Assembly (NCBI GenBank): GCA_964016885.1 | Contig: OZ024746.1 | Span: 31,372,001 to 31,436,000 of the forward strand | Length of the DNA: 64,000 bases | Source of the DNA: Eledone cirrhosa | Lineage: Eukaryota | Direction: 5' to 3' | Part shown: one piece after another, positions 1 through 15,200 of the stretch | Layout: every line of letters starts with the position of its first letter | How positions within the stretch are numbered: position 1 is the first letter of the stretch | Made by a program: the position numbers and the translations under genes | The notes under the pieces: generated by a model | Databases searched by the model: none | What the model was told of the DNA's origin: nothing | What the model saw: the letters and a program-made list of their open reading frames with translations, nothing else

Positions 1-1800
1 CTTCTCCTGTAGTTGTCGTACAAGGAAAAGAGCGTCTGTGGTACTTTTACCTGACACAAACTTAAACTGCATTTCATCTAGATCAATTTGCTCTCTGATT
101 AGTTGCGCTATAACTCTTTCTGTGACCTTCATGACCTGGTCAACTAACTTAATGCCTCTATAGTTTCCCCTATCTAGAGCATCCCCTTTATCCTTGTAGC
201 AGTTAATGATGATGCTGTTACGCCAGTCTTTTGGTATGACCCCATTCTGAACTACTTTGTTAACTATACGAGTGACCATAGTATGTCCCACCATTCCAGA
301 TGCCTTCAGCATCTCAGCAACTATCTCCGAAGGCCCAGCTGCTTTGCCTGTCTTCATATCTTTTATTGCCTTACTTATTATACTACCTTTAACTTGCACC
401 GCTGGTCCTTCTATTGGATTGATTTGGGGCAGACTATCTTTTTCCCATTTATTCTCCTCATTTTATAGTCTCTCGTAGTGACACTTCCAGGCTATCTTCT
501 TATCAGTATCAGTGAGGATAAGTATACCGTTATCATTATGGACACACTTCTCCCGGACAATATCCCGGTTTTCCTTGACACATTTTCTAGCAATCCTGAA
601 CACCTCCCGTTTTTGGTCCTCACGTAGAACATGCTTGAACTTTCTATCCTCTGTTTCCCTTTTTGCAAGGTACACTTGTCTCCTAGCTTCTCTCCTGGCC
701 ACTTGATAGTGTTCTTTACTTCCCCCATCCTGCCATACTTTCCAAGCCTGCTTTTTGGCCTTGATTGTCTTCTCCACCTTACTGTTCCACCACCAATTTA
801 CTCTCCTCCTGCCAATAGGTCTGCTCCAGCCACAGATTTCATCCGTTGCTTTCAGCAGGTTCACTTTCAAGAATTCCCACTGTTCCTCTATATTGAACGT
901 CTCTAATTGCTCTTCCTTATTGTCAAAGGCATCAAGTAATAAGCTTTTAAATTTGTCACTGGCTACGGGTTCCTTCAACTTCCATATTCTTCTCCTCAAG
1001 GTAGGCCTCCTCTGTTGTTGAGTACATCTATTCCTGACTATGAGGTCACTAACTACTAGGCTATGTTGGGAGGTGCAGTCTTCATGGGGGAGGGATTTAG
1101 TGTTTACAATAGACACTTTGTCCCATCTTCTAGTAAGGATATAATCTATCTGGCTAGCGCGTCCCCCTGATCTATAGGTGATCAAGTGGTTTTCTCGTTT
1201 TTTGAAGTTTGTGTTACAGATAGTTAGGTTATTAACATCACAGAATTCCAGGATTCTGAAGCCCTCCTCATTTCTATTTTCAACCCCATAGCCTCCATGG
1301 ATTCCATCATAGCCATCACTATGTTGTCCAACGTGACCGTTTAGATCGCCAGCAATAATTAAGTAGTCGCTGTCGGTTATTTAGGAGGTAGACCAGATTG
1401 GGGTGCATAAGCGGATATTATTGTCACAGTAGTTCTATTTAGAACTAGTCTTATTTTAATTATTCTGTCATTCACTCTATTTACGTCAATTACCTTATCT
1501 ACCCATTTTTCAGCTAACATAATTCCTACACCACCCAGTCCGTTGTCATTTCCCAACCAGAATAGTTTATAGCATCGTTTTTTACCCACGATGAATCTGG
1601 CAGACCCACCTCTTCACCTCGTCTCTTGAATACAACAAACATCAACTTCTTTACGTTCAAGCATCTCTACAACCTCATTTGAGCGACTTTTCAATGTGCC
1701 TATGTTCATGGTACCAACTCTGAAGTTGGGAGGGTGGGATAGATGGGTTGGAGGGGCAGGGAGGGGTGTGGGAGATGGAATTATGTTGGTCATCCGTGTC
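1..1800 (-). mobile_element. RTE-clade LINE, 5' part (APE endonuclease to start of RT), disrupted; continues past window start
   Basis: ORF pieces 1614-1916 (GTMNIGTL..CCIQETR), 1377-1589 (GVGIML..SAYAPQ) and 463-1185 (SQIDYIL..SQHSLV) are APE motifs. 1-460 continues as KTGKAAGP..YKDKGDAL..YRGIKL. Premature stop at 463 and frameshifts. Clearly homologous to 45700-46620. Confidence 0.93.
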
Positions 1801-2892
1801 TGAAATAAAGAGGGGTCCTTGTATTCTCGTCCTGCAGCGAGAGGTGAATTTATCTTTATCTGTGACATTGTCATTGAGTGCTTTAGACTTTCCAAATTCC
1901 GCAGTCCACCCATCAAACAGGTCTAAACTTAAGGAATAGTAACCACGGTGGTAGCTTTGCTATACTGATTTGTTAGAGAACTTACTATAAGCCGCTGAGT
2001 TATGATTGGACCATATAGCAATGGTAGTGTGTGGGGGGTGGGAGGGCGGGAAATAGGTAACTTTAGGAGAAGATTAGTTTTTAGGAAGGGTCCAAGAGAA
2101 TGAGACATATTATTAAAAACATGTAAAATATTAATTGAAAATCCGAGAGAAAAATGGAGAATTTGAATTCTAGACTGGCATAAATAGAAGTTTAAAACTC
2201 TGCTTATTGAGTCGACTACGGGTAAAAGGAAAGACAAGTATTTTGCTTACATTCTCAAAATCGACAGATCATCCGTAAGATAGATTAGATAGATAGATAA
2301 ATTCTGTCCTTGGCTCAGGCTTTGCTGCTTGCCAAGCTGAAGAGGGCAAATTGACCAATGGTATTCTTGGTCCCCAGACCACATCCCTACTTCTGTCATT
2401 GGAGCAGAGTTGGCCACCTGCAGATACGAGCCCTGTGAGGTGGAGTGGATGCTCCAGCGTGTCTTACTCGCCATCCTCCAGGGTAATGTATTCTCCATCC
2501 TGTCAGCCGAGACTAGGAGGCTGAGGGTAAGTTAGTTGGAAGTGGAGGATACTTAACAAGACCAATAGCACAAACAAGAGCACCAACACTGCCACCAACA
2601 CAAACGTTACATTTCGGCAAGAGAGAAAAAAAAAGACAAAAAGTTTCGAAGCATGCAGACAACTGGACATTTTTTATGTTTAACTTTTTGTTTTGGACCT
2701 CCATATCCTCATTTATACTGTGTTTCATTGTAAAATAATCACTCCAGATATTTTAGCACCTTATTTATATAGAATTTGAAGTTGGTGAAAATTGTCAAAA
2801 TATAAGATGACCCCCACCCCATTTTACCATCAATTTTTTGTCACATATTCTTCAGTTTATATACGAGTGTATATGGTATTTTCTATTTGTAG

Positions 2893-5231
2893 GTGTTTCC
2901 AATGAAAGAATGTTGCAATCGAAACTAAAAGAGGCTTCCAAAGCACAAACTTTCAAAACTGAAAAACAGAAGCCAGTTTCTGAAAATCATGGAATTTCAC
3001 AGACACAAAAGAAAATGCCAAAGAAAATTCAAAAATCAGATCCATATTTTGAAATGGAAGTTGAAGATATTGGGGTAGAAATATAATAAAATCTTTCTTT
3101 ATCTTCTGCATAATATCACAGTCCATATATTGTCTTTTGCTCAAACATGTTTAACTCTTTTGTTACCATATTCCTAATGAAAATAATCAGGAATTTGATC
3201 TAACTTACCAATGCCACCATTACCACCACACTTACCCAAGATTCCATACAGTGGGATTGAACCTGGGACCTAGTGATTGTGAAACAAACTCCTTAACCAT
3301 GCCTACAACCCTTTACATAATGTTTATGTCACAGTTCTTATTTAAACTTTATTTGACTCGATGTTTATGTTTCTATTTCTCCTTACAGGCTCAAGAAGGA
3401 ACAGTAAAGAATTACCCCAACTTTAACCCTATGCAAGATTGTGAACTTCTGAGAGCAGCTATGAAAGGATTAGGTAAACTCTAGCATATGTTTCAGTGAC
3501 TTGATCTCAGACTGTATTGAAACTATAGCAACTACATCATGGAAGAGTCATTTTAGGCGCAGTTGTATATGTGTGACAAGTGATTTGATCTGAGACTGTG
3601 TGTTGAAACTAAAACAACTACATCATGGAAAAGTCATTTTACTCGACCTGGGATCAAGCCTGACCTGAGATCAAATCTCAACTGAAACCAAGCTGACCTG
3701 AGATGAAGCCTGACTTGGTGTTAAATAACAATAATATTGCTATCTATTTAAATATGGAATCATTTTTTTTTTATTTTGTCATCAAGACCTCCAATGTCTT
3801 CAGTTTCCAAACTGCCCCTTCCCCTCCACTACCACTACCAAATTAAGAAGAAGGCTTTGTGTATGAGTAAGGAGCACCATGATGTGGAATGGTAAATGCT
3901 GCAAATATTGCTGGCTGTTCTCTGTGACAATGCTTTCCTGATCTTATCCACTGAGTGGGTGGTGTTGCAGCTGAGATATACCACCTAGCCAAGGATAGAG
4001 AACTTGCCCTTTCTCCATTTCTTCTAATTTTACTTTTTTCTTTCTTTCTGTCACTATGATATTGATGATGATGATGATTTATGAATTTGAAATGATTATA
4101 GATTTCTTTCCTTTTGTTTTTTCCAGGAACTGATGAAGACACCATTATTAATATATTGGCATACAGGGCAAACCCTCAACGTCAGGAAATCTTGAAGAGA
4201 TTTAAAACAATGTTTGGAAAGGTAAGATAGAAGAAACCCCAGTGAAGGGGTGGATGTAAATTTGTAAGGGAGGATGACACCAGTTTTTACAGTGGCTAGT
4301 GATGGACTTAGAGATATAGCTTTATAAGGGAGGGTGACCACTATTTGGCATAGGACAGTGTAGGTGAATGGCAGGGAAGAGCTGGGTGTAGTTGGTAAGG
4401 TAGGATAGGGTTAGACGATTAACTCATGACAACATAGTGGTGGTGGTGAGGAATCAATGTAAAATGATTATGATGATGATGATGATGATAATTATATATA
4501 TAACTCTAAAGAAAGGGTTAGAAGCATTCTGTCAAATACATGACAAATTCACTAGTGCTGGTGCCACAATAAAATGCACTCAATGCAACTTATTGTGTAT
4601 GGGAACATATCTAAGCAAAATGCCCCCCTTTCCTCCACCTCCATTGGCCTATCTGAGAGGTCAGTGGCTCTTATTAACTTCGACTGTGATGACTTATCCA
4701 ACTCTTGCTAGCATATCCCCCACACCACTACATCCCTCTCCCCATACACTAATCAGCCACCCCTACCCATCACCACAAACACCTATAACTTAATACCTAT
4801 CTCCCACTCCTATTGCCCCCTCCACAGCACTGAGAGGGCTCTACAGTTGGGTCTATAGTCAACAAGCCCTCTAGTGATAGTTAAAAAAAAAAATCTGGAA
4901 TACTCAGTATGGGTGATTGGTGACAGGAAGGGCACGTCCCTATAGAAATCATGCCTAAAAGGTTTGAGAGGACCCTTTAGTTGTGTCAATGACATGACAC
5001 CCTCCCTAGTGCTAGTGATTTATATGGTAAATGCACACAGTACATGCTGTAAAGTGGTTGGTGATAGAAAGGGCATCAAGTCGTAGAAATCTTGCTAAAT
5101 AAGGTTAGGAGGACCCTCAGTTTGTCTCAAAAGACAACTTCTCAGATCAATATAGCATTAATGAATGTTCTTGTTATGTTGATTGAAACATTCATCAATC
5201 AAGTAAATGATTTAATTTAATCCTGGTTGTT

Positions 5232-5276
<45 letters not shown>

Positions 5277-6087
5277 TCATCATCATCATTTCATTTTACG
5301 TCCGCTTTTTCCCTGCTTGCAAGGGTGGGACGGGAACTGATTCTGGCTTGATTTCTACAGCTGGATGCCCTTCCCAACACCAACCTCATTTACAGTGAGT
5401 GCTGGGTGCTTTTTTGCCGTGGCACCTCCACGACCACTTTGCAGTGGAATGATATAAACCCCAGTCCCTATCATCTCATTTCTACAGCTGAGTAAACTGG
5501 AGCAATATGAAATAAAGTGTCTTGCTCAAGGAAACAACACATCACCCGGTCTGAGAATTGAACTCACAACCTTTCGATTGCAAGGCCAATGCTCTAACCA
5601 GTAAGCCATGTGCCTCCATATATATATATATATATAACGAAGGAAGTGTGGTAAGGAACCAGATGGACCATAACGAACCAGAGTACTCAATACTTAGGGT
5701 AGTAGAGTGGGTAATAGGAAAATATTTAACCCCGACGGGCAGAGCTCAAGCCATTTTGACGAGTCCAGAAATAACCATCGAAACAGCTTGAGCTCTGCTT
5801 GTGAGTTCAATTCTCAGACCAGGTGATGTGTTGTTTCTTTGAGCAAGACACTTTATTTCACATTGCTCCAGTTTACTCAGCTGTAGAAATGAGATGATAG
5901 GGACTGGGGTCCATATCATTCCACTGCAAAGTGGACGTGTAGGCGCCACGGCAAAAAAGCACCCAGCACTCACTGTAAATGAGGTTGGTGTTAGGAAGGG
6001 CATCCGGCTGTAGAAATCAAGCCAGAATCAGTTCCCGTCCCACCCTTGCAAGCAGGGAAAAGCGGACGTAAAATGATGATGATGATG

Positions 6088-6160
<73 letters not shown>

Positions 6161-6173
6161 CATAGTCTGGAAC

Positions 6174-6204
<31 letters not shown>

Positions 6205-6205
6205 G

Positions 6206-6251
<46 letters not shown>

Positions 6252-9200
6252 CATAGTCTGGAACTATATATATATATACACATATATATATATATATATA
6301 TATAAATACATAGTCTGGAACTATACACGTATATACATATATATTCATATATATATATATATATTTCGTTTCTGAATTTGTTTAGCAAGATTCTTTATCT
6401 GAAATCGTGTGTTGAAACCGATATTGTTATACTTTGGGAGGGTCATGTTGCCAATAAGAAACACACGCACCAGTTGCTTTCACTTCAATTTATTATATAT
6501 ATATAAATTTATAAATTTACAAATCTACAAACCTATAAATTTCTGGTTGGTTGGTTGGTTCCACAACCAGATAGTTGTTTATATATAGTCATAGTCCTTT
6601 CATCACACACTCTGTGACCTCTTCAGTGACTGGGGATTCCTTTCTTTGTTTCTGTGCCTTTCCTTTCTTCTGTCCTACGCCATTTTGTTTGTATCTATTT
6701 GTTTATTTATTTATTTATTTATTGTTGGTTGGTTGTTTGTTCTACACATAGAACAAACAACCAACCAACAATAAATAAATAAATAAATAGATAAATGAAC
6801 ACAAACACACACAGACACCCGGATGTGGTGCATGCGCAAACTGAGCACACAACACACACACAGAAACAAAATGGCGTAGGACAGAAGAAAGGAAAGGCAC
6901 AGAAACAAAGAAAGGAATCCCCAGTCACTGAAGAGGTCACAGAGTGTGTGACGAAAGGACTATGACTATATATAAACAACTATCTGGTTGTGGAACCAAC
7001 CAACCAACCAGAAATTTATAGGTTTGTAGATTTGTAAATTTATAAATTTATAAATATATAATAAATTGAAGTGAAAGCAACTGGTGCGTGTGTTTCTTAT
7101 TGGCAACATGACCCTCCCAAAGTATAACAATATATATATATTATTTTTTCAATTGTTTCATTGTTTTAGAATTTAGTTGCAGAATTGAAAAGTGAATTAA
7201 GTGGCCATTTATTGGAGTGTGTGAAATCCCTGTGTATGGCGCCACCAGAATTTGATGCCAGACACCTTCGATATGCTATGAAGGTATCTTTATTAATTCC
7301 TTTTCCTGTCAATAGTTTGACTCTGATTTTATGACACAAAACTGACCGACATAAAATGTTCATCCTTATGATATTAAAATCTCTTATCATAATTTTATTA
7401 TGATGAGAGCTAGAAGTGAGAGCTGATGTCAAATTGTTGAAGCATACAGAGGAGATGGTGAAGGAACATGACCATGACGAGGGGAGAGATGTTGTACTGA
7501 AAAAGATCTGTCCAAGCCATGCGAGAATGGAACAGTGAATGTAAAATGATGATGATGATGAAATAATTTTAAAAATCATATTAATAATGAAGAAGTTGCT
7601 TATTTTATTAAACCTCTCCAAAATACTGACTATTTTCAAACTTATTTGAAAACCAGAAACAATGTCTTTCATTAGAAATACAGTAACAAAAACCTTCAAA
7701 CATAATTTTATGTAAGAACCTTTGATAAGTTATGTTCTAAATATCAGTTTAAATACTGAGAATATTACATTACTTAACCATGTTGCCAACAACAACCCTG
7801 AGTACCTTTTTGATTTCCATGTGTCTAACACACGTGGACATGCCCACAAAGTAAGAAAACAGCACAGTTCCCATGACTTTCGGAAACATTTTTTCACGCT
7901 CAGAGTTGCTGAAGCATGGAACAAACTACCTGCATCAGTTGTTAGCTGTCGAGACACTGCATCCTTTAAGGCCTCCATGCTTCCCGATATCCGCCAACAC
8001 TACAGCTAACACATACACATATGTACTTCCCTGACATTTGTGTATTATTCTATGTACTATACATACACCTTTGATGAGTTGTAGTGCACCTGAGCACTTT
8101 ACACAATAATTTCATTATTATGTGTATATCATGACTCATGCACTGTTCATTTTCCTGATGTTTGTACATTACCCTATGTACTATACATACACTTTTTGAT
8201 GAGTTGTAGTGCACCTGAGCACTGTACACAATATTTCATTATTATTATTATTATAAACCCCTCCAAATCCTTTATTTATTTCCAAATTATATGGAAATCA
8301 TAGGTGACAGTATCTGTCATTAGAAATATGGTAATGAAAAGATAAATTCAAAATGTGAAATTTCTTGCAGGGTCTTGGCACCGATGAGACTGTCCTTATT
8401 GAAATCCTCTGTACTCGCTCAAATGCTCAAATTAAGGAAATTATTTCAACTTATAGGGAAAGTAAGTTTCATGTTTGTTGTCTTTTATGGGCGGTTGAGG
8501 AATATAAGAAGCACTATTGTATAAGACCTATCCTTAATTTGAAAGAATATATTGGGGTGTTGGGGTATATTTTGCAAAAACCAGAGAAGCAACAGAGACT
8601 AATAAAAGTAATATAATAAAGATATACTATTGTCTACTTCGGAATTGAGCACTCTTCCCTAGTGTTTTTAAACCCAAAAGTACAGACAAATTCTATCAAT
8701 ACATTAATTTTCTTAATATATGTTTTTAAAGTTATTAATATTTTTAGTATATTGATTTTTAAATACAATTTTCAAATATATCAATATTTTGAAAATATTA
8801 ATGTTTTTATGTATTTTGTATATACACACACACATATATATATTATATATATGTGCGTGTGTGTGTTAAATATATTTAATGTATTAATATGTTAATTTTA
8901 TTGATATATTGATTTTTCTTTCTCACTTCTTTTGCTTATTTCAGTTTTCAATCGAGACTTAGAGAAGGACATAATATCTGAAACATCTGGCCATTTCAAG
9001 AGACTTCTTGTGGCGCTGTTGACTGCCAACCGAAGTGAAAGCAAACAAGTGGACCGTAACAAGGCCAACCAAGATGCTAAGGCACTGTATCAAGCTGGAG
9101 AGGGTCAGTGGGGAACAGATGAATCCAGGTTCCATACCATTCTTGTCTCTCGAAGTTACCCTCAACTGAGGGCCACATTTGCTGAATATGCAAAGATTTC

Positions 9201-12200
9201 TCGTAAGAATATCGAAGAAGTCATGAAGAGTGAACTCAGTGGAGATCTTCTCTGTGGAGTGCTCACAATTGGTTTGAGTTTTCATTTGTTCTTTTATTTG
9301 ATTGGGGGAACTGGTAGAGCATCTGACAAAATGCTTTGTGACATTTAGTTACAGCCCTCTATATTCTGAATTAAAATCCCACTGAGGTCAACTTTGTTTT
9401 TCATTCTATGGGGGTTGATAAAAAAAATACCAGTAAAACACTGGAGTTGATATAATCGACTTTCCCCTCCTCACAAATTGTGGACCTTGTGCCTAAATTA
9501 GAAATTATCATCATCATCATTGCCATCACTATCATCATCATCCACTTGTCGCACAGCATTTGTTGCTGGTTGGTGAAGTAATTCTGATGCTAGCTGTCCA
9601 CAGCACCTTCAATAGTTAAACACTGAGTATCTTGGCAGCTCCAAGGAGCATCGCACTCATGTTGGCCCCAATGTTTTAAAAATAGCTTTCAGTTCTGATA
9701 CTCACAGCACCAAGTACCCCAATTACAACTGAGATCACCTCAACCTTTTTTCATTGGCCACAGAGGTTTTGTCTCCCATGCTACTTATTTGTACTCTGGT
9801 CATGTTGGGGCAACATCTTCAAAGGTTTTGATTGATTATATTCACCCCAGTACTTTGTCTGGTTCTGATTTTATTGATCTAGGTCAAGTCATCCTTGGCA
9901 TAAAGGGCGATAACTTGGACAGGAACTAAATACTGCAGATTGATAAATAGAGAAATATCAATACAATTTGGTTCTAGATTGATAAGCAAGTTAATATGAG
10001 ATTGATAAAGAAGTTGATCCCGGATTGATAACCAAATTGATCTAAGATTGATAAAGAAGTTGATCCCGGATTGATAACCAAATTGATCTAAGATTGATAA
10101 ACAAGTTGATCCTTGACTGATAAGCAAGTTGATGCCAGATTCATAAAAATGTTGATCTTAGATTGATGAAGAAATTATCCTAGATTAATAAAAAAAAGTT
10201 GATCTCAGAATGTGATACAAGTTAACTCTAGACTAATAAACAAGATAATCTTACATTGATATACAAGTTGAGCCTAAATTGATCCCAGTTTAATGAAGTC
10301 TGCTTCAATTTGATCTAGTAAATATTGTGCTCTCATTACAGTGCGGTGTATTCAGAACAAGGCCAACTATTTTGCTCGTCAGTTAATGAAATCAATGCAG
10401 GGTTTGGGTACAGATGATGAGACGTTGGTTAGGGTGGTTACATCTCGCTGTGAAACTGATATGGTACAGATTAAGAAGGAATTCCTCAACCTTACTAGCC
10501 AAACATTGGAAGATTATATAACTGTAAGTTCTTTTGGAATTTCTTGCTTTTTTTCTAAATTCATGCATTTGTGTGTGTGTGTGTGTTTGAGCTGTCTGAG
10601 CTTTACTCTGACGAGGTCACTACAAGCAGAGTCAGATGTTCTCCTACCACTCAACATCTCCCTGAACAAAGCTTCACTCTGACCAGGTCACTGTGAGAGA
10701 GGAGTTTTTTTTACCATTCAACATCTACCAGAGCTGTACTCTGACCAAGTCACTTTAAGTAGAGACAGATGTTCTCTTACCACTCAACATCTAACATCTG
10801 ACCAGGTCACTGTGTATAGAGACAGATGCATGGCTTTGTAGCTGCAGCAATAACCATCTTGTCCACCAGTGTAACATCTGTGGTCAAGTATGTAGGTCCA
10901 GTATTGGACTTTACACTCCATGTATGTACTCCATTTCTGGCTGCTATGAAGGGGAAGGTCATTGTTGACTACAATACAATATTTTGTCATATTTCAGGGT
11001 GATATCTCGGGAGATTATCAAAAGATAATCTTATCTTTAATTTCTGGTGGTCAACCTCCTGCTTTAAACACTATGGGTAAGTTTGCCTTTTATTATTATT
11101 ATTAGAGATAGTGGTTTGGCAGAATCAGTAGAGCGTCAGCCACGATGCTTTGCAGCATAGAGTTATGGCCCTTTGTGTTCTGAGTTCAAATCCGCCGAGG
11201 TTAACTTTGCCTTTCATCCTTACGGGGTCGATCAAATAAAGTACCAGTAATACACTGGGGTTAATTTAATCGACTTTCCCCTCCCCCAAATTGCTGGCCC
11301 TTGTGCCTATAGTAGAAACCATTATTATTGTTATTATTATTTGTTTTATTGTGGTTATTTTTCTCATTTGCTATAAGTTTTCTTTTGTTACTATTATATA
11401 TATGTATGTATGTGTGTTTATATAATGTCCAGATTATGTAACAATTTCAGGAGGGAAAGTGCTGGTACAGTCAGTACAGAACAAAAGTTTAAAGCAATTA
11501 GATGAAGAAGTGAAAATGGAGTCTGAAGATGTACAGGTTAGTCCAGAATGTCTTTAATACTGTACAATGTATGTACTCTGTACTGTATGTCTTTAATACT
11601 ATACAATACTGTATATCCTCAATACTGTATATTGTATGTCTTCAATAGAATATGTCATTATTACAGTAAATCACAATACTGTACACCACCACTACCACAA
11701 ACAACAACACTGCCACCGCCATCTCCACGACTACCAACTTCATCACTGGAACACCACCATCTCCACCTCACTTGCACTAATGCCAATACAATCACCAACG
11801 CTGCCATATATGCCATTACCACCACAACCATTAACATGTCCTCATTCTTCTACATTTTCACATTGAACCCTTAAAATGTTGTTATCTTCCAGGAAGATCC
11901 TACAGTGGTCCCTTATAGATCCTTTGATGCTGAAAGTGATGCTGAGGTACTTCGCAAAGCTATGAAGGGTTTTGGTAAGTAATATTCCTGAATTAGTTTT
12001 ATGTTGAAGGTATAAACTCAATATGATGTGCACAATGTAAATCTTGGGTATACAAGAGATGTAGTGGGGTAACAGGCTAACTAACAGGAAAGGGAGACTT
12101 TGTATGTAATAGATGTTCAGGGTCAATTGATAGTAAGAGTCCCACTGATATAAACTTATTCCAATATCAGAAAGATTTCATAGAAATGGTTGACAGCTTC

Positions 12201-15200
12201 TGTTACCTAGGTGATATAATTTGCAGTGTAGTTAGAATAAGGACAAGATGGAAGAAGTTTATGTAACTACTACTCTATTGACAACAAAAAGTGTCTCCCT
12301 GTGAATGAAAGGTCAGCTGTATGATGCCTGTGTGTGAAGTGCGATGCTGCATGGTAGTGAAATATGGGCAGTGACTGCAGAGGATATGCGCAGGCTAGAG
12401 AGAAATGAAGCAACTATGATTCAATGGATGTGCAATATTAATGTGAGAGAATAGTACAGCGTGGATGAACTGAGGGAGAAACTGGGTATAAGAAGAATCC
12501 AAAGTGGTGTGCAAGAGAGAAGACTATGTTGGTATGAACATGTGATGTGTATGGATGATGATTGCGGAGTGACAAAATGTCATTTAGAAAATGCCCTTCC
12601 TAACACCTACCCTTTTAGTCACCTTTTATGACATGCAGGAATATGGTGTACCTATGAGAGTCAACTGAGAAGTTCACAGGTTTACCAAGATACTTTCATG
12701 GAATGACCAAATGAGGTTTATTTTTCAACATAGTCCCTGGAAAGAAACAATGCAGTTATTCATTGGAAGAGTTGAAATTAATGCATGCAAGATGTCACAG
12801 CTATAGTATCACTCCTTCATAGTCATCCTATGAACTAACCCATGTATATTAAACTGGATATAAACACTATAGAGTCCTTTTTGAGGCAATATTTTATATT
12901 GTATTTATTCTAAACTGGGGATACACATGGCACTATTTTCTGAAATATTAAAAGTATGAATAGAAAATGTCTTTTTTCCATCTAGGTACAGATGAAGAAG
13001 CCATCATAAATGTCTTGACTCACAGATCATGTGACCAAAGACAAGAAATAATGAAAACCTTTAAAACTATGTTTGGAAAGGTTCGTATGTAAACACCATT
13101 GTATCTACTGCTTTTGTTTTTGTTATTCTTGTCATTGTTGTTATTGTTATCGAACCAATGCAACAATTAACACCAACTAGACTGCCACCAAGGGCACAGA
13201 GCTTAGAGAGACACATTACTGAACCTTAAAGGATCACAGTTTTATACAGATATATATAATTGAATTAAGTATAAAATAAATTCCTATGATCAATAAATAA
13301 ATCACGAAACATTTTTGCCTCATAGCAACATTGTGGAGATATGCAAAGTGGTGGAAAAGGTTGTATGATAGTATGATATATTACAGGATTTAGTGTGGGT
13401 ATGTGTGGACTGTATAGTAAAAAATACAAGCTTAGTGATTTTTTTTTAGTGTGGCCAGCAAGAAGTGTTAAAAACTAGATTTGCCAGCTTGCCAAACTGT
13501 AAATTGAAATTATTTTATATGGGAGCATGGAGCCCATAAAATAGAGGAAGGCTCACATTATAGGGCTAGTTGGGTGTTAAATACCAATGCACACATTGTA
13601 GAGCTAACCTAGGACACTAAACTCCCTGGCATACATTGTAGGGATAGTAGACTACTAAATACCATGGCACACATTACAGAACTAGCCTAGGATGCTAAAA
13701 TACCCAGGTACACAATGTAGTGTTAACCTCAGGTACTATACACCCAGGCACACATAGTAGAGTTAGTTTAGAGTACTAAATACCCTGGCACACACTGTAG
13801 AGCTAGCTTAGGACACCAAATACTTTTGCACACTTTATATGATTAGCCTAAGACACTAAATACCCAGGTGCCCTTTGTGGGGTTAGCCCAGTGTACTAAA
13901 TACCCTAACACACATTGTAGGGCACTAAATACCCTGGTACACATTATAGGTCTATCCCAGTATATTAACACCCTGGCATGCTTTGTATAGTTAGCCTAGT
14001 GCACTAAATACTTGTAGGGCTAACCTAGAGTACTAAATACTTGTAGAGCTAACCTAGGGTACTAAATACTTGTAGAGCTAACGTAGAGTACCAAATACTT
14101 TTAGGGCTAACCTAGGATATTAAATACTTGTAGAGCTAACCTAAGATACTAAATACTTGAAGGGCTAGCCTAGTGCCTTAAATACTTGTAGGGCTAACCT
14201 AGGGTACTAAGTACTTGTAGGGCTAACCTAGAGTGCTAAATATCCAATATTATTTTTCACATAACTTAATAAGTTAGTGTTGGAACATAATATAATTTTC
14301 TTATAAAATTATGACAGAATATTTAAATTCAAATGGGAACACTTTAAAACAAACAGTTTTGTAGCATAGAAACAGAGAGTGGGTGCATGTATAAGAACAG
14401 TTAAGAATAATTTCTAAAATTATTTCATTCTCAGGATTTAATAAAAGAATTGAAAAGTGAACTTAGTGGTTGTTTCTGTGACACAATTGTTGGTCTGTGT
14501 ATGAAATCAGTAGAATTTGATGCTGTCAACCTCAATAAAGCTATGAAGGTAAGTTAGGTTAAACAGCCATCACCCATAATTGAGTATGAATATATATCAT
14601 CATCGTTTTTACTGCTTATTTTGATAAGAAAGTTAGACATCTTACTAAATCTTTCCAAAATCTTGATTATATAAAAATTATCTGAAAATCATTAGACAGT
14701 GTCTTCTATTAGAAATACTAGAGCCCTTGCCATATCTTTCTTTTTCCGTTTTTTTAAATATTTTCTTATTTTACATTCCATTCTTTCTTCTCAATCTAAA
14801 TTTTCTTTTTTCTTTTTGTATTAAATTGTATTTACATGTTATCATCTAGTACATGTAATTGATGATAGCCTGAGTTGAGGTAGATTTTGGAAAAAATTGA
14901 GCACCCTGCTAACTGAACTGAGAAGCCTTGTATATGCAGAATGGAGTAGCAGTAGGGTGAGGTAGTTTTGTTAAGACGGCGATAATCCCTGCTGGGTCGC
15001 CAAGCTCTATTGGGTTTTGGCGCTTCGTGTAAAGGGGAAGACCAGGGACGGTTTGATCAATGAACGATGCCCAAAGCTTCCATATTGTCAAATTTGACCT
15101 TCACAATAGCAAATTTGTCTGGACGACATACACGGTTGTGTACTGGTGAACTGGTAGTTGGAATGTCTGTGGTGACTTGTAGATTGGGAGATGTCATGAT

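Noticed and set aside
5545-5617. tRNA-like sequence with A and B boxes
   Set aside because: SINE head continuing into the SINE body; no complete cloverleaf.
5739-5798. Hairpin enclosing TTGACGA..GAAAC, hammerhead-like
   Set aside because: C3 is missing and no stem I or II can be formed.
5991-6348. ORFs rich in YIYI/CVCV (also 48835-49219, 28205-28387)
   Set aside because: Translations of (TA)n/(TG)n microsatellites.
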